A program made the position numbers and the translations under genes. Positions 7,900-15,618 of a stretch of DNA of 34,318 bases are shown here, piece after piece; within the stretch, counting starts at the first letter, position 1, and each line of letters begins with the position of its first letter. Source of the stretch: Actinomycetota bacterium (GTDB lineage: Bacteria > Actinomycetota > Acidimicrobiia > Acidimicrobiales > VFJN01); assembly GCA_046734715.1 (NCBI GenBank), contig JBKPRV010000192.1, positions 1-34,318 on the forward strand. Reading direction: 5' to 3'. A model generated the notes under the pieces. That model searched no databases and had not been told where the DNA came from. It worked only from the letters and a program-made list of their open reading frames with translations.

Positions 7900-9108
7900 A
7901 TGCCCGCACCCTGGCCCCTCCGCTTCGGCGTCTTCTTCGCGCCGTTCCATCCCGTCGGTCAGAGCCCGACGCTGGCCCTGGAGTACGACCTCGAGCGCAC
8001 CGTCGCGCTCGACCGGTTGGGGTTCGACGAGGCGTGGTTCGGCGAGCACCACTCCGGCGGCTACGAGATCATCGCCTCCCCGGAGATGTTCATCGCCGCG
8101 GCGGCCGAGCGGACCAAGCACATCCGGCTCGGCACCGGCGTGACCTCGCTGCCCTACCACCATCCCTGGCTGGCGGCGGACCGCTGGGTGCTGCTCGACC
8201 ACTTGACCCGCGGCCGCGCCATCCTGGGCGCCGGCCCCGGCGCCCTGCCCAGCGACGCGTTCGTCATGGGCATCGACCCGGTCGAGCAGCGGCGGATGAT
8301 GGAGGAGTCGCTCGACGCCATCCTCGCCCTGTTCCGCAGCGAGGAGCCCGTCAACCGGGAGACCGACTGGTTCACCATGCGGGAGGCGCGCCTCCAGGTC
8401 CGCCCTTACACCAGCCCGCACCCCGAGGTGGCGGTGGCGGCGATGGTGACGCCGTCGGGCCCGCGCCTGGCCGGCCAGCAGGGCGTGTCGTTGCTGTCGC
8501 TGTCCATGTCGGTGGCCGAGGGCTTCGCCGCCATCGGCCAGGCCTGGGGTGTGGTCGAGGAGCAGGCCGAGCGGGTCGGGCGCCCGGCCCCCGACCGCCG
8601 GACCTGGCGGGTGCTCGGCGCCCTGCACTTGGCGGAGACCCGGGACCAGGCCATCGAGGATTGCACCTACGGCCTCCATGACTTCGCCGCCTACTTCGGC
8701 GGCGGGGCCGGGTTCGTGCCGCTCGCCGCCAACCTCGACGGCAAGCCGCCCACCCCACGGGCGATGGCCGAGGCCTACGCCGAGTCGGGCCAGGCGGTCA
8801 TCGGCACGCCCGACGACGCCATCGCCTACATCGAGGGCCTGCTCGACCAGTCCGGCGGCTTCGGTACCTTCCTGTTGCTGGGCCACGACTGGGCCGCGCC
8901 CGATCGCACCCTGAACAGCTACCGGCTCTTCGCCCGGGAGGTGGTTCCCCACTTCACGGGCCAGCTCGCCGCCCCGCGGACGTCGCACGAGTGGGCGACC
9001 GGCAAGCGCAACGAGCTGTTCGGCCGCGCCGGGCAGGCCATGCTCAACGCCATCACCGCCCACGTCGACGAGAAGACCTCGGCATCCTCCGACGGAGGGT
9101 CGCGCTGA
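7900..9108 (+). CDS. Luciferase-like (LLM class) flavin-dependent monooxygenase
   Basis: FGVFFAPFHPVGQSPTLALEYDLERTVALDRLGFDEAWFGEHHSGGYE is typical of limonene-monooxygenase-type LLM proteins. It starts 1 nt after the epoxide hydrolase stop. Confidence 0.85.
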   Translation: MPAPWPLRFGVFFAPFHPVGQSPTLALEYDLERTVALDRLGFDEAWFGEHHSGGYEIIASPEMFIAAAAERTKHIRLGTGVTSLPYHHPWLAADRWVLLDHLTRGRAILGAGPGALPSDAFVMGIDPVEQRRMMEESLDAILALFRSEEPVNRETDWFTMREARLQVRPYTSPHPEVAVAAMVTPSGPRLAGQQGVSLLSLSMSVAEGFAAIGQAWGVVEEQAERVGRPAPDRRTWRVLGALHLAETRDQAIEDCTYGLHDFAAYFGGGAGFVPLAANLDGKPPTPRAMAEAYAESGQAVIGTPDDAIAYIEGLLDQSGGFGTFLLLGHDWAAPDRTLNSYRLFAREVVPHFTGQLAAPRTSHEWATGKRNELFGRAGQAMLNAITAHVDEKTSASSDGGSR

Positions 9109-10211
9109 GCCCGGAGCTCGACTCCTTCCGCGCCGAGGCCGCCGCCTTCCTGGCCGAGGCGCAGGCCGCCGGCATCGCCTGCCCCGCCTACGGCGCCATC
9201 CTGCCGCCCGCCCTGCACGACCGGGCCCGGGCCTGGCAGGCGCACATGGCCGGCGCCGGCTTCGCGGGCCTGCACTGGCCGGTCGAGCACGGCGGGCGCG
9301 GACTGAGCCGGGCCCACACCGCGGTCTGGATGGAGGAGTGCGCGCGGGCCCAGGTCTCGCCCTACCTCAACCTGCAGGGCCTGGTGCTGGCGGGCGAGGC
9401 CATCCTCCGCTCGGGCACCGACGAGCAGCGCCGGCGGTTCCTGCCGGCGACGCTGACCGGCGAGCTGCTTTGGTGCCAGCTCTTCTCCGAGCCCGGAGCC
9501 GGCTCGGACCTGACCAGCCTCACGACCTCGGCGGTGGCCGACGGCGACCGCTACGTGATCGACGGCACCAAGATCTGGTCGTCGAACGCCCAGTACGCCG
9601 AGTACGGCATCCTGCTGGCCCGCACGGACTCCGCGCAGCCGGGCCACCGGGGCATCTCCTTCTTGCTGCTCGACATGGCCACCCCGGGCGTCGACGTGCG
9701 CCCCATCCGCCAGATGACCGGCGACCAGGAGTTCTGCGAGGTCTTCCTCGACGGCGTCGCCGTGCCCCTGGCCGCGCGCCTCGGCCCCGAGAACGAGGGC
9801 TGGCGGGTGGCCACCGAGGTCCTCCTCGACGAGCGCGGCTCGAGCGGCGCCGGCCTCGTGAGCTTGGAGCGCCGCCTCGACCACCTGCGCGCTCAGGCGG
9901 GCAAGGGCTCCGCGCACCGGGACGCCCTGCTGCGCCTCTACGTACGCGGCCAAGCCCTGCGCATGCTCCTCCTCCGGGGCGGCGCCGCCGGCCCCGCCGC
10001 CGCCTCGTCCGCCAAGCTGGCCCGCACGGAGCTGGAGTTCGACATCGAGCTGGCGCTCGCCTCCGTGCGCGGCGCGGACGCCCTGCTCGCCGGCCCGGCC
10101 ACCGACCGCTTCCTCTACGCCCCCGGCATGCGCATCGCCGGCGGCACCAGCGAGATCCAACGCAACATCATCGCCGAACGCGTCCTCGGCCTCCCCCGCG
10201 AGCCGCGCTGA
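9105..10211 (+). CDS. Acyl-CoA dehydrogenase family protein (start codon uncertain, probably CTG 9105)
   Basis: LSPELDSFRAEAAAFLAEA matches a canonical ACAD N-terminus. Internal FSEPGAGSDL and the C-terminal IAGGTSEIQRNIIAERVLGLPR are ACAD signatures. GGAGGG at 9094-9099 lies 5 nt before CTG 9105, which overlaps the LLM stop as CTGA. Confidence 0.8.
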   Translation: MSPELDSFRAEAAAFLAEAQAAGIACPAYGAILPPALHDRARAWQAHMAGAGFAGLHWPVEHGGRGLSRAHTAVWMEECARAQVSPYLNLQGLVLAGEAILRSGTDEQRRRFLPATLTGELLWCQLFSEPGAGSDLTSLTTSAVADGDRYVIDGTKIWSSNAQYAEYGILLARTDSAQPGHRGISFLLLDMATPGVDVRPIRQMTGDQEFCEVFLDGVAVPLAARLGPENEGWRVATEVLLDERGSSGAGLVSLERRLDHLRAQAGKGSAHRDALLRLYVRGQALRMLLLRGGAAGPAAASSAKLARTELEFDIELALASVRGADALLAGPATDRFLYAPGMRIAGGTSEIQRNIIAERVLGLPREPR

Positions 10212-10263
10212 TCCTGACCGCGTGACCCGGGGCGGGACTGTGCTTCTCCGCAGGCCCAAATTA

Positions 10264-10324
10264 CGCAACTAATGGTTGCGTGTTGCCGCCCGCGGGGCTA
10301 GCTTCATGTGCAACCAATCGTTGC
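10264..10324 (+). promoter_or_regulatory. Two copies of the GCAAC-N5-GTTGC inverted repeat (candidate ArsR operators) around a putative promoter
   Basis: CGCAACtaatgGTTGCG at 10264-10280 and GCAACcaatcGTTGC at 10310-10324. A possible -35 TTGCGT (10276-10281), a 17-nt spacer and a -10 TAGCTT (10299-10304) lie between and over them. The ATG of the first gene is at 10337. Confidence 0.45.
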
Positions 10325-10336
10325 GGGAGGGTTGTC

Positions 10337-10798
10337 ATGGAGTTCGGGACAATCGAGCGTGAGATCTACATAGAGGCGGATCCCGAGGTCGTGTTCGAGG
10401 TGGTCAGCAGCCCCGACCACCTCGAACAGTGGTGGCCCGACGAGGCCCACTACGAGCCGGTGCCCGGGTCGACCGGGGAGATCGTCTTCGGCGAGCGGGA
10501 TGCCGGCGGGGTGGCGGTGGCGTTCGCCGTCGTGGACGCGCAGCCGCCGCGGACGTTCTCGTTCCGGTGGACACAGCCGGCCGGGGAGCCCGCGGTGGCG
10601 GGCAACTCGCTGCTGGTCACCTTCGAGCTGACCCCGGCCCAGGGCGGCACCTTGCTGAAGATGACCGAGAGCGGCTTCCGCGAGATGGGCTGGGAGGCGG
10701 CCATCCTGGAGCAGCAGTACCGGGAGCACACCACCGGCTGGGACTTCTACCTGCCCCGGCTGGCGCCCTATGTGGCGTCGCTGGAGATGAGGCCGTGA
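10337..10798 (+). CDS. SRPBCC (AHSA1/START-like) domain protein
   Basis: MEFGTIEREIYIEADPEVVFEVVSSPDHLEQWW... with a C-terminal TGWDFYLPRLAPYV. GGGAGGG RBS at 10325-10331. Its stop overlaps the next start (GTGA). Confidence 0.8.
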   Translation: MEFGTIEREIYIEADPEVVFEVVSSPDHLEQWWPDEAHYEPVPGSTGEIVFGERDAGGVAVAFAVVDAQPPRTFSFRWTQPAGEPAVAGNSLLVTFELTPAQGGTLLKMTESGFREMGWEAAILEQQYREHTTGWDFYLPRLAPYVASLEMRP

Positions 10799-11145
10799 GC
10801 GCGGCCGTCGGGGAGCGGATCGACGACGACCTCTGGTCGGCGATCGGCGACCCGACCCGGCGGCGGATGCTCGACCTGCTGCTCGTCGACGGTGACGGCA
10901 CCGCCACCAGCCTGAGCGGGCAGCTGCCGGTGACCCGCCAGGCGGTGGCGAAGCACCTCGGCGTCCTCGACCGAGTGGGCCTGGTCCGGGCGACGCCGGC
11001 CGGGCGGGAGAAGCGCTACCGGGTGGACGACGCCCAGCTGGCCCGGGCCATCGCGCAACTGACCGCGGTGGGCTCAGCCTGGGACGCCCGCCTCCAGCGC
11101 ATCAAGCGGATCGCCGAGGCGATCCAACGCAGCCACGACGGCTGA
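10795..11145 (+). CDS. ArsR/SmtB-family transcriptional regulator
   Basis: LWSAIGDPTRRRMLDLLLVDGDGTATSLSGQLPVTRQAVAKHLGVLDRVGLVRATPAGREKRYRV is an ArsR winged HTH. GTG 10795 overlaps TGA 10796-10798 of the upstream gene. Confidence 0.85.
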   Translation: MSAAVGERIDDDLWSAIGDPTRRRMLDLLLVDGDGTATSLSGQLPVTRQAVAKHLGVLDRVGLVRATPAGREKRYRVDDAQLARAIAQLTAVGSAWDARLQRIKRIAEAIQRSHDG

Positions 11146-11169
11146 TCAACCAAATCAAGGAGCACAACC

Positions 11170-11613
11170 ATGGTGGACATCCTGCATCGGGTCGGAGTCG
11201 AGAACGCTTCGCCGGAGAAGGTGTACGACACGCTCACGACGGTCGAGGGTCTCTCCGGCTGGTGGACCGACGACACGAGGGGCGTCGCCGAGGTCGGCGG
11301 CGTGCTGCAGTTCCGGTTCCCGGCCGGCGGCTTCGACATGGAGGTCGTCGACCAGCGACCGTCCGAGCACGTGAAGTGGAAGGTGGTCGACGGCCCCCAG
11401 GAGTGGATCGGCACGACCGTCGACTGGCAGCTCCGCCCCGAGGGCGAGAACACGATCCTGCTGTTCAAGCACGAGGGCTGGAAGGAGCCGGTCGAGTTCA
11501 TGCACCACTGCAGCACCAAGTGGGCGACCTATCTCATGAGCCTGAAGTCGCTGGTCGAGCAGGGCGAGGGTGCGCCCGCCCCGCGGGACGTGCACATCGC
11601 GTTCCCCGACTGA
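11170..11613 (+). CDS. SRPBCC (AHSA1/START-like) domain protein
   Basis: MVDILHRVGVENASPEKVYDTLTTVEGLSGWWTDDT... fits the SRPBCC pattern. An AAGGAG RBS lies 8 nt upstream. The gene starts 24 nt after the ArsR gene. Confidence 0.8.
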   Translation: MVDILHRVGVENASPEKVYDTLTTVEGLSGWWTDDTRGVAEVGGVLQFRFPAGGFDMEVVDQRPSEHVKWKVVDGPQEWIGTTVDWQLRPEGENTILLFKHEGWKEPVEFMHHCSTKWATYLMSLKSLVEQGEGAPAPRDVHIAFPD

Positions 11614-11646
11614 CGACGGGCCCGCGGCGGCTCTGCAGCTCGGCGA

Positions 11647-13248
11647 TCACTCCCAGTCGATCGCCGAGCTGCGGAAGTAGGTGAGACCGTCCTGGGCCCA
11701 GAGGCGGCCGTGGTGGGCGAGGCGGGTGCGGTGGTCGGTCCAGGGCGTGGCGGGGTCGCCCCAGGCCTTCTGCGCGATGCCGGGCAGCCGGGGCAGGAGG
11801 AGGAAGGTGAGGTCGTCGGCGTCGCGGATGGTCTCGGCCCAGATGGCCGCCTCGACGCCGGCGACGAGCGGGGCCCGGTCGGGGCCGAGCGTGCCGTCAG
11901 GGTTCCAGTCGAACGTCTCGGCGACGGTCGTCCGCTGGTAGAGCCGCAGGCCGAGCCGACGCTGCCGCTCGGCTTGGGCCGGATCGGCGGTCGGCTCGGC
12001 GTACGGCACGTCGAGATAGCAGTGGCCGAGCGGCGACACGATCACGGGGGCGGCCGCTGTGATGGCGGCCTCGACGTCGCTGCGGGACAGGGCCAGGTCG
12101 GCGTCCAGCCGGGTTTGCACCTCGGGCGGCAGGTTCGGGGGCACGGGGATGTCGGCGAACCAGTACTGGATGACGTCGTCGGGCCCTACCCCGGCCCGGG
12201 CGGACTCCTGCCAGCCGAGCGGGCGCTTGCCGAGCGAGCGGACGAGGTCCCGCAGCCACCCGACGTACGAGGTGTAGAGGTCGTGGGGCATCCCGTGGGG
12301 CTCGTCCCCGCCGATGTGGAGGTACGGGCTCGGGAAGAGGTCGGCGGTGCCGGCCATGACCTCCTCGACCAGCGCGAAGGTGGCGGGGAGCTCGGGATCG
12401 AGCCAGGTGGCGCGGTGCGTGTGGCCCGGCACCAGCTCGAACTCCACCTCGTTGCGGCCGGTGTGCAGCGCCGGGTGCATGGCCACGAGGGCGGACGTGT
12501 GGCCGGGGGTGTCGACCTCGGGCACGACCGTGACGAAGCGGTCGGCCGCGTGGGCGACGAGCGCGCGGAGCTCGCCGTCGGCGTAGTAGCCGTCGTCGGA
12601 GGCGCCGTCCGGCCGACCGACGGGGAGGCGCCAGCCCTGGTCGTCGGTCAGGTGGAGATGGAGGACGTTGAGCTTGTACTGGGCGAGCAGGTCGACCACC
12701 CGGCGCACCGCTTCGAGCGGGAAGAACGTGCGAGCGAGATCGAGTGACAGCCCGCGCCAGGCGTAGCGGGGCGCGTCGATGATCCGCCCGCCGGGCACCG
12801 CCACGTCGCCCGCGTCGCCGGCGGGTGCCGTGGCCAGGAGCTGGACCAGCGTGGTCAGGCCCCGGGCGACGCCCACCGGGGAGACGGCCCGCACGACGAC
12901 GTGGTCGCGGTTGACGGCCAGCAGGTGCCGCTCGTCGGCCGCGTCGCCGCCCTCGGGCGAGAGACCTTGCGGTGTGGGCAGGTCGGCGAGCTCGGGCGCG
13001 TGGCCCAACTCGATCCGGATGGCCGGCCCGTCCCCGCCACGCTCCTCGTCGGTCGCAGTCAGGCGCAGGCCCGTGCGGCGTGCCACCTCGGCACGGAACC
13101 GTTCCACGATGGGCGCGACCGCAGGATCCGTGATGCCGACCCCGGTGCCGGGCCGGACCACGAAGGGCGAATCGCCACCCTCGAAGCGAATCGGGACCGG
13201 GAGGACCGGCACGCGGCCGAGCGTACGGCGTCCTAGCGTCCCGGGCAT
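11647..13248 (-). CDS. Glycoside hydrolase family 20 beta-N-acetylhexosaminidase
   Basis: YAWRGLSLDLARTFFPLEAVRRVVDLLAQYKLNVLHLHLTDDQGWR, VPEVDTPGHTSA and the catalytic YLHIGGDE are GH20 hallmarks. No signal peptide is evident. Candidate starts are ATG 13269, ATG 13248 and GTG 13212. Confidence 0.85.
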   Translation of the reverse strand: MPGTLGRRTLGRVPVLPVPIRFEGGDSPFVVRPGTGVGITDPAVAPIVERFRAEVARRTGLRLTATDEERGGDGPAIRIELGHAPELADLPTPQGLSPEGGDAADERHLLAVNRDHVVVRAVSPVGVARGLTTLVQLLATAPAGDAGDVAVPGGRIIDAPRYAWRGLSLDLARTFFPLEAVRRVVDLLAQYKLNVLHLHLTDDQGWRLPVGRPDGASDDGYYADGELRALVAHAADRFVTVVPEVDTPGHTSALVAMHPALHTGRNEVEFELVPGHTHRATWLDPELPATFALVEEVMAGTADLFPSPYLHIGGDEPHGMPHDLYTSYVGWLRDLVRSLGKRPLGWQESARAGVGPDDVIQYWFADIPVPPNLPPEVQTRLDADLALSRSDVEAAITAAAPVIVSPLGHCYLDVPYAEPTADPAQAERQRRLGLRLYQRTTVAETFDWNPDGTLGPDRAPLVAGVEAAIWAETIRDADDLTFLLLPRLPGIAQKAWGDPATPWTDHRTRLAHHGRLWAQDGLTYFRSSAIDWE

Positions 13249-13636
13249 GATGCGTCCCCAACCGCTCATCGCGGTGGCCGACGTCGAGGCGGGCTCGCGA
13301 TGGTTCCAGCAGGTGCTGGGACTCACGTCCGGCCACGGCGGTCCCAACTACGAGATGCTGCTGGACGGCGGCGAGATCGCCGCGCACCTCCATCAGTGGG
13401 AGGCAGACGAGCATCCGCACATCGGGGACCCAGACGATCCCTCCCGGGGCAACGGCGTGCTGCTGTGGTTCTGGACCGACGACTTCGACGCCGCGGTGGA
13501 GCGCGTCCGGGCCCACGACGTCACGGTCCTCGACGGGCCCTGGTTGAACCCCAACTCGCGCAATCGAGAGGTGTGGGTGCGCGGCCCCGAGGGGTACGTG
13601 GTCGTGGTCGCGGGGCCGGGCGAGGCACCAGCCTGA
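13247..13636 (+). CDS. VOC (glyoxalase/bleomycin-resistance/dioxygenase) family protein
   Basis: MMRPQPLIAVADVEAGSRWFQQVLG...EVWVRGPEGYVVVVAG fits the beta-alpha-beta-beta-beta VOC pattern. About 129 aa. Confidence 0.75.
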   Translation: MMRPQPLIAVADVEAGSRWFQQVLGLTSGHGGPNYEMLLDGGEIAAHLHQWEADEHPHIGDPDDPSRGNGVLLWFWTDDFDAAVERVRAHDVTVLDGPWLNPNSRNREVWVRGPEGYVVVVAGPGEAPA

Positions 13637-13660
13637 CGCTGGCGGTATTCATATGTACGT

Positions 13661-14266
13661 ATGTATGATGGCCGGGTGGTCGATCGCCCAGGCACACGAG
13701 ATCAGCTGATACGGGCCACGCGGGAAGCCATACGCGACGTCGGCATGCCGGCCACCACCGCCCGGGAGATCGCCCGGCGGGCGCCGGCCAACCTGGCCGC
13801 CATCCCGTACTACTTCGGCACCAAGGACGCCCTGGTGACCGAGGCCTTGGTGGCCGAGGCGAGCGAGCTGGTGGCGCCCGTGCTGGCGCTGCTGGAGGGC
13901 CCGGGGCCGGCGGCCGAGCGGGCGACGGGGGCCGTGGCGCGGCTGAACGAGCTGTTCGAGGCCGGCCGGTCGCAGGTGCCCGTCTACCTCGCCGCCCTCG
14001 CAGCCGCCCCGCACACACCCGACGTCCGCGGCGCGCTGGGCTCGCTGTGGGCCGACCTCCGGGCGCGCCTGGCCGAGGACATCGCGCGCGAGGTGGACGG
14101 CGGCAGGCTGCCTGAGTGGATCGCGCCGGACGCCATGGCCGCGGCCATCCTCAGCCTGGTGAACGGGGTCATCGTCGCCTCCGTGATCGACCCCGACGGC
14201 CCCGATCACCGAGCGGTCGCAGCGCAGTTCCTCGCCCTGCTGCTGGCGGCCGGAGGGCCCGAGTGA
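13661..14266 (+). CDS. TetR/AcrR-family transcriptional regulator
   Basis: TRDQLIRATREAIRDVGMPATTAREIARRAPANLAAIPYYFGTKDALV is a TetR N-terminal HTH. An alternative in-frame GTG lies at 13676. Confidence 0.85.
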   Translation: MYDGRVVDRPGTRDQLIRATREAIRDVGMPATTAREIARRAPANLAAIPYYFGTKDALVTEALVAEASELVAPVLALLEGPGPAAERATGAVARLNELFEAGRSQVPVYLAALAAAPHTPDVRGALGSLWADLRARLAEDIAREVDGGRLPEWIAPDAMAAAILSLVNGVIVASVIDPDGPDHRAVAAQFLALLLAAGGPE

Positions 14267-14661
14267 TGACCACCTCGCGGCGGCGACCCTGGTCCGACCG
14301 GACGACCAGGATCCTGGCCTGGGCAGCCGTCGCGTGGACTGTCCTGGTAGGGCTGGCGCTGCTGGTCGTCCCCATGGGCACCAGCGTGGCGGTGGCGTCG
14401 AACGGCTCCGAGCTCGTGACCACCACGTCGCACGAGACGCTGCTGGAGCAGGAGGGCACGAGCGTGGTCGCCGTCCTGCTCGTGCCCGTGGCCCTGGCCC
14501 TGGCCGGTGCATTCGGCCACGGCCCGACCGTCCGGCGACGCCGCATCGCCGCGGGCTCGGCGTTGGCTGTCGCCTGCGTGCTCGGCGCCATGTCCCTCGG
14601 GATCTTCTACGTGCCCGCGGCGGCCGCGCTCCTGACGGCCGGGCTCAGAGCAGGGACTTGA
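14266..14661 (+). CDS. Small membrane protein (3-4 predicted TM helices), function unknown
   Basis: The start (GTGATGA context) overlaps the TetR stop. Hydrophobic segments are ILAWAAVAWTVLVGLALLVV, VVAVLLVPVALALAGAF and ALAVACVLGAMSLGIFYVPAAAALL. Confidence 0.55.
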   Translation: MTTSRRRPWSDRTTRILAWAAVAWTVLVGLALLVVPMGTSVAVASNGSELVTTTSHETLLEQEGTSVVAVLLVPVALALAGAFGHGPTVRRRRIAAGSALAVACVLGAMSLGIFYVPAAAALLTAGLRAGT

Positions 14662-15562
14662 GCAGTGCCCGGGTACGCAGCCGGGATTCGTCGTCGAGCG
14701 CGAACTCGACCGGCGTGAAGTCCGTGGTGCCGGCGTCGGCGAAGGACTGGATGCCGGCCCGCACCGCCTCCTCGTCGCCGACGAGCGACACGCCCGCGGG
14801 GCCGTCCACGCCCTCGACGTCCATCACGCCCCGGTAGCTCGGCAGGTCGTTGTAGTCCGCCAAGAACGTGGCGATGATGCCGCGCACGTCGTCCGCCTGG
14901 TCCGTGACGCACACCGGGACGCCCGCCACGATGCGGCCCGGCTCCCGGCCCGCCTCCGCCGCCGCCTTGGTCATGGCCGGGGCGATGAGGGTCTCGATCG
15001 TGCGCGGCCCGCTGAGCCACAGGATGTTCCCGTCCGCCGTTCCTCCGGCGAGCTCGAGCATCCGCGGCCCCATCGCCGCCAGCAGCACCGGGGGCGCAGG
15101 CACGTCGGCCGGGCCCCCGGTGGCGTCGGCGAAGCCCGACCAGATCTCCCCGGTCGCGTCGACCGACCGGTCCCGCAGCGCCGGCAGCAACACCGCGAGG
15201 TACTCCTCCATGTGTTGGGCCGGGTGGGCGAACGGGATGCGCAGCCGCTCCTCGATCACGGTCTTGTGCGCCAGCCCGATGCCGAGCGCCAGCCGGCCCC
15301 CGGCCATGTCGGACACCGTGAGCGCCTGGGCGGCCAGCATCAACGGGTGGCGCAGCCAGGTGGCGATCACCGCCGTGCCCAGCTCGATGGACGTCGTCAT
15401 CCGCCCCGCGGCACCGAGCACGGTCAGCGCGTCGGGTACCGACAGCTGGGCGATCCAATAGGAGGCGAAGCCGTCCTGCTCCGCCTCGACGGCATGGTCG
15501 ATGATCTCGCCGACGGGACGGTTGAGGGCGATGAGGCTCGAGCCGTTGATGCCGATGCGCAT
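14645..15562 (-). CDS. LLM-class oxidoreductase, probably F420-dependent
   Basis: MRIGINGSS...AEQDGFASYWIAQL...IELGTAVIATWLRHPLMLAAQALTV...LALGIGLAH fits the luciferase-like TIM-barrel pattern of the actinobacterial F420-dependent subgroup. I chose the ATG at 15562. Confidence 0.75.
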   Translation of the reverse strand: MRIGINGSSLIALNRPVGEIIDHAVEAEQDGFASYWIAQLSVPDALTVLGAAGRMTTSIELGTAVIATWLRHPLMLAAQALTVSDMAGGRLALGIGLAHKTVIEERLRIPFAHPAQHMEEYLAVLLPALRDRSVDATGEIWSGFADATGGPADVPAPPVLLAAMGPRMLELAGGTADGNILWLSGPRTIETLIAPAMTKAAAEAGREPGRIVAGVPVCVTDQADDVRGIIATFLADYNDLPSYRGVMDVEGVDGPAGVSLVGDEEAVRAGIQSFADAGTTDFTPVEFALDDESRLRTRALLKSLL

Positions 15563-15618
15563 CCCAGGATCATGCCTCGCGGAGTACAACGGCGCTGGCA
15601 GGACAAGGAGCGGAGTCA

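Noticed and set aside
8991-9104. ATG 8991 as the acyl-CoA dehydrogenase start, as given by the ORF track.
   Set aside because: It would add an Arg-rich, motif-free 38-aa extension overlapping the LLM gene by 118 nt. ACAD similarity begins only at about 9108, and a good SD precedes CTG 9105.
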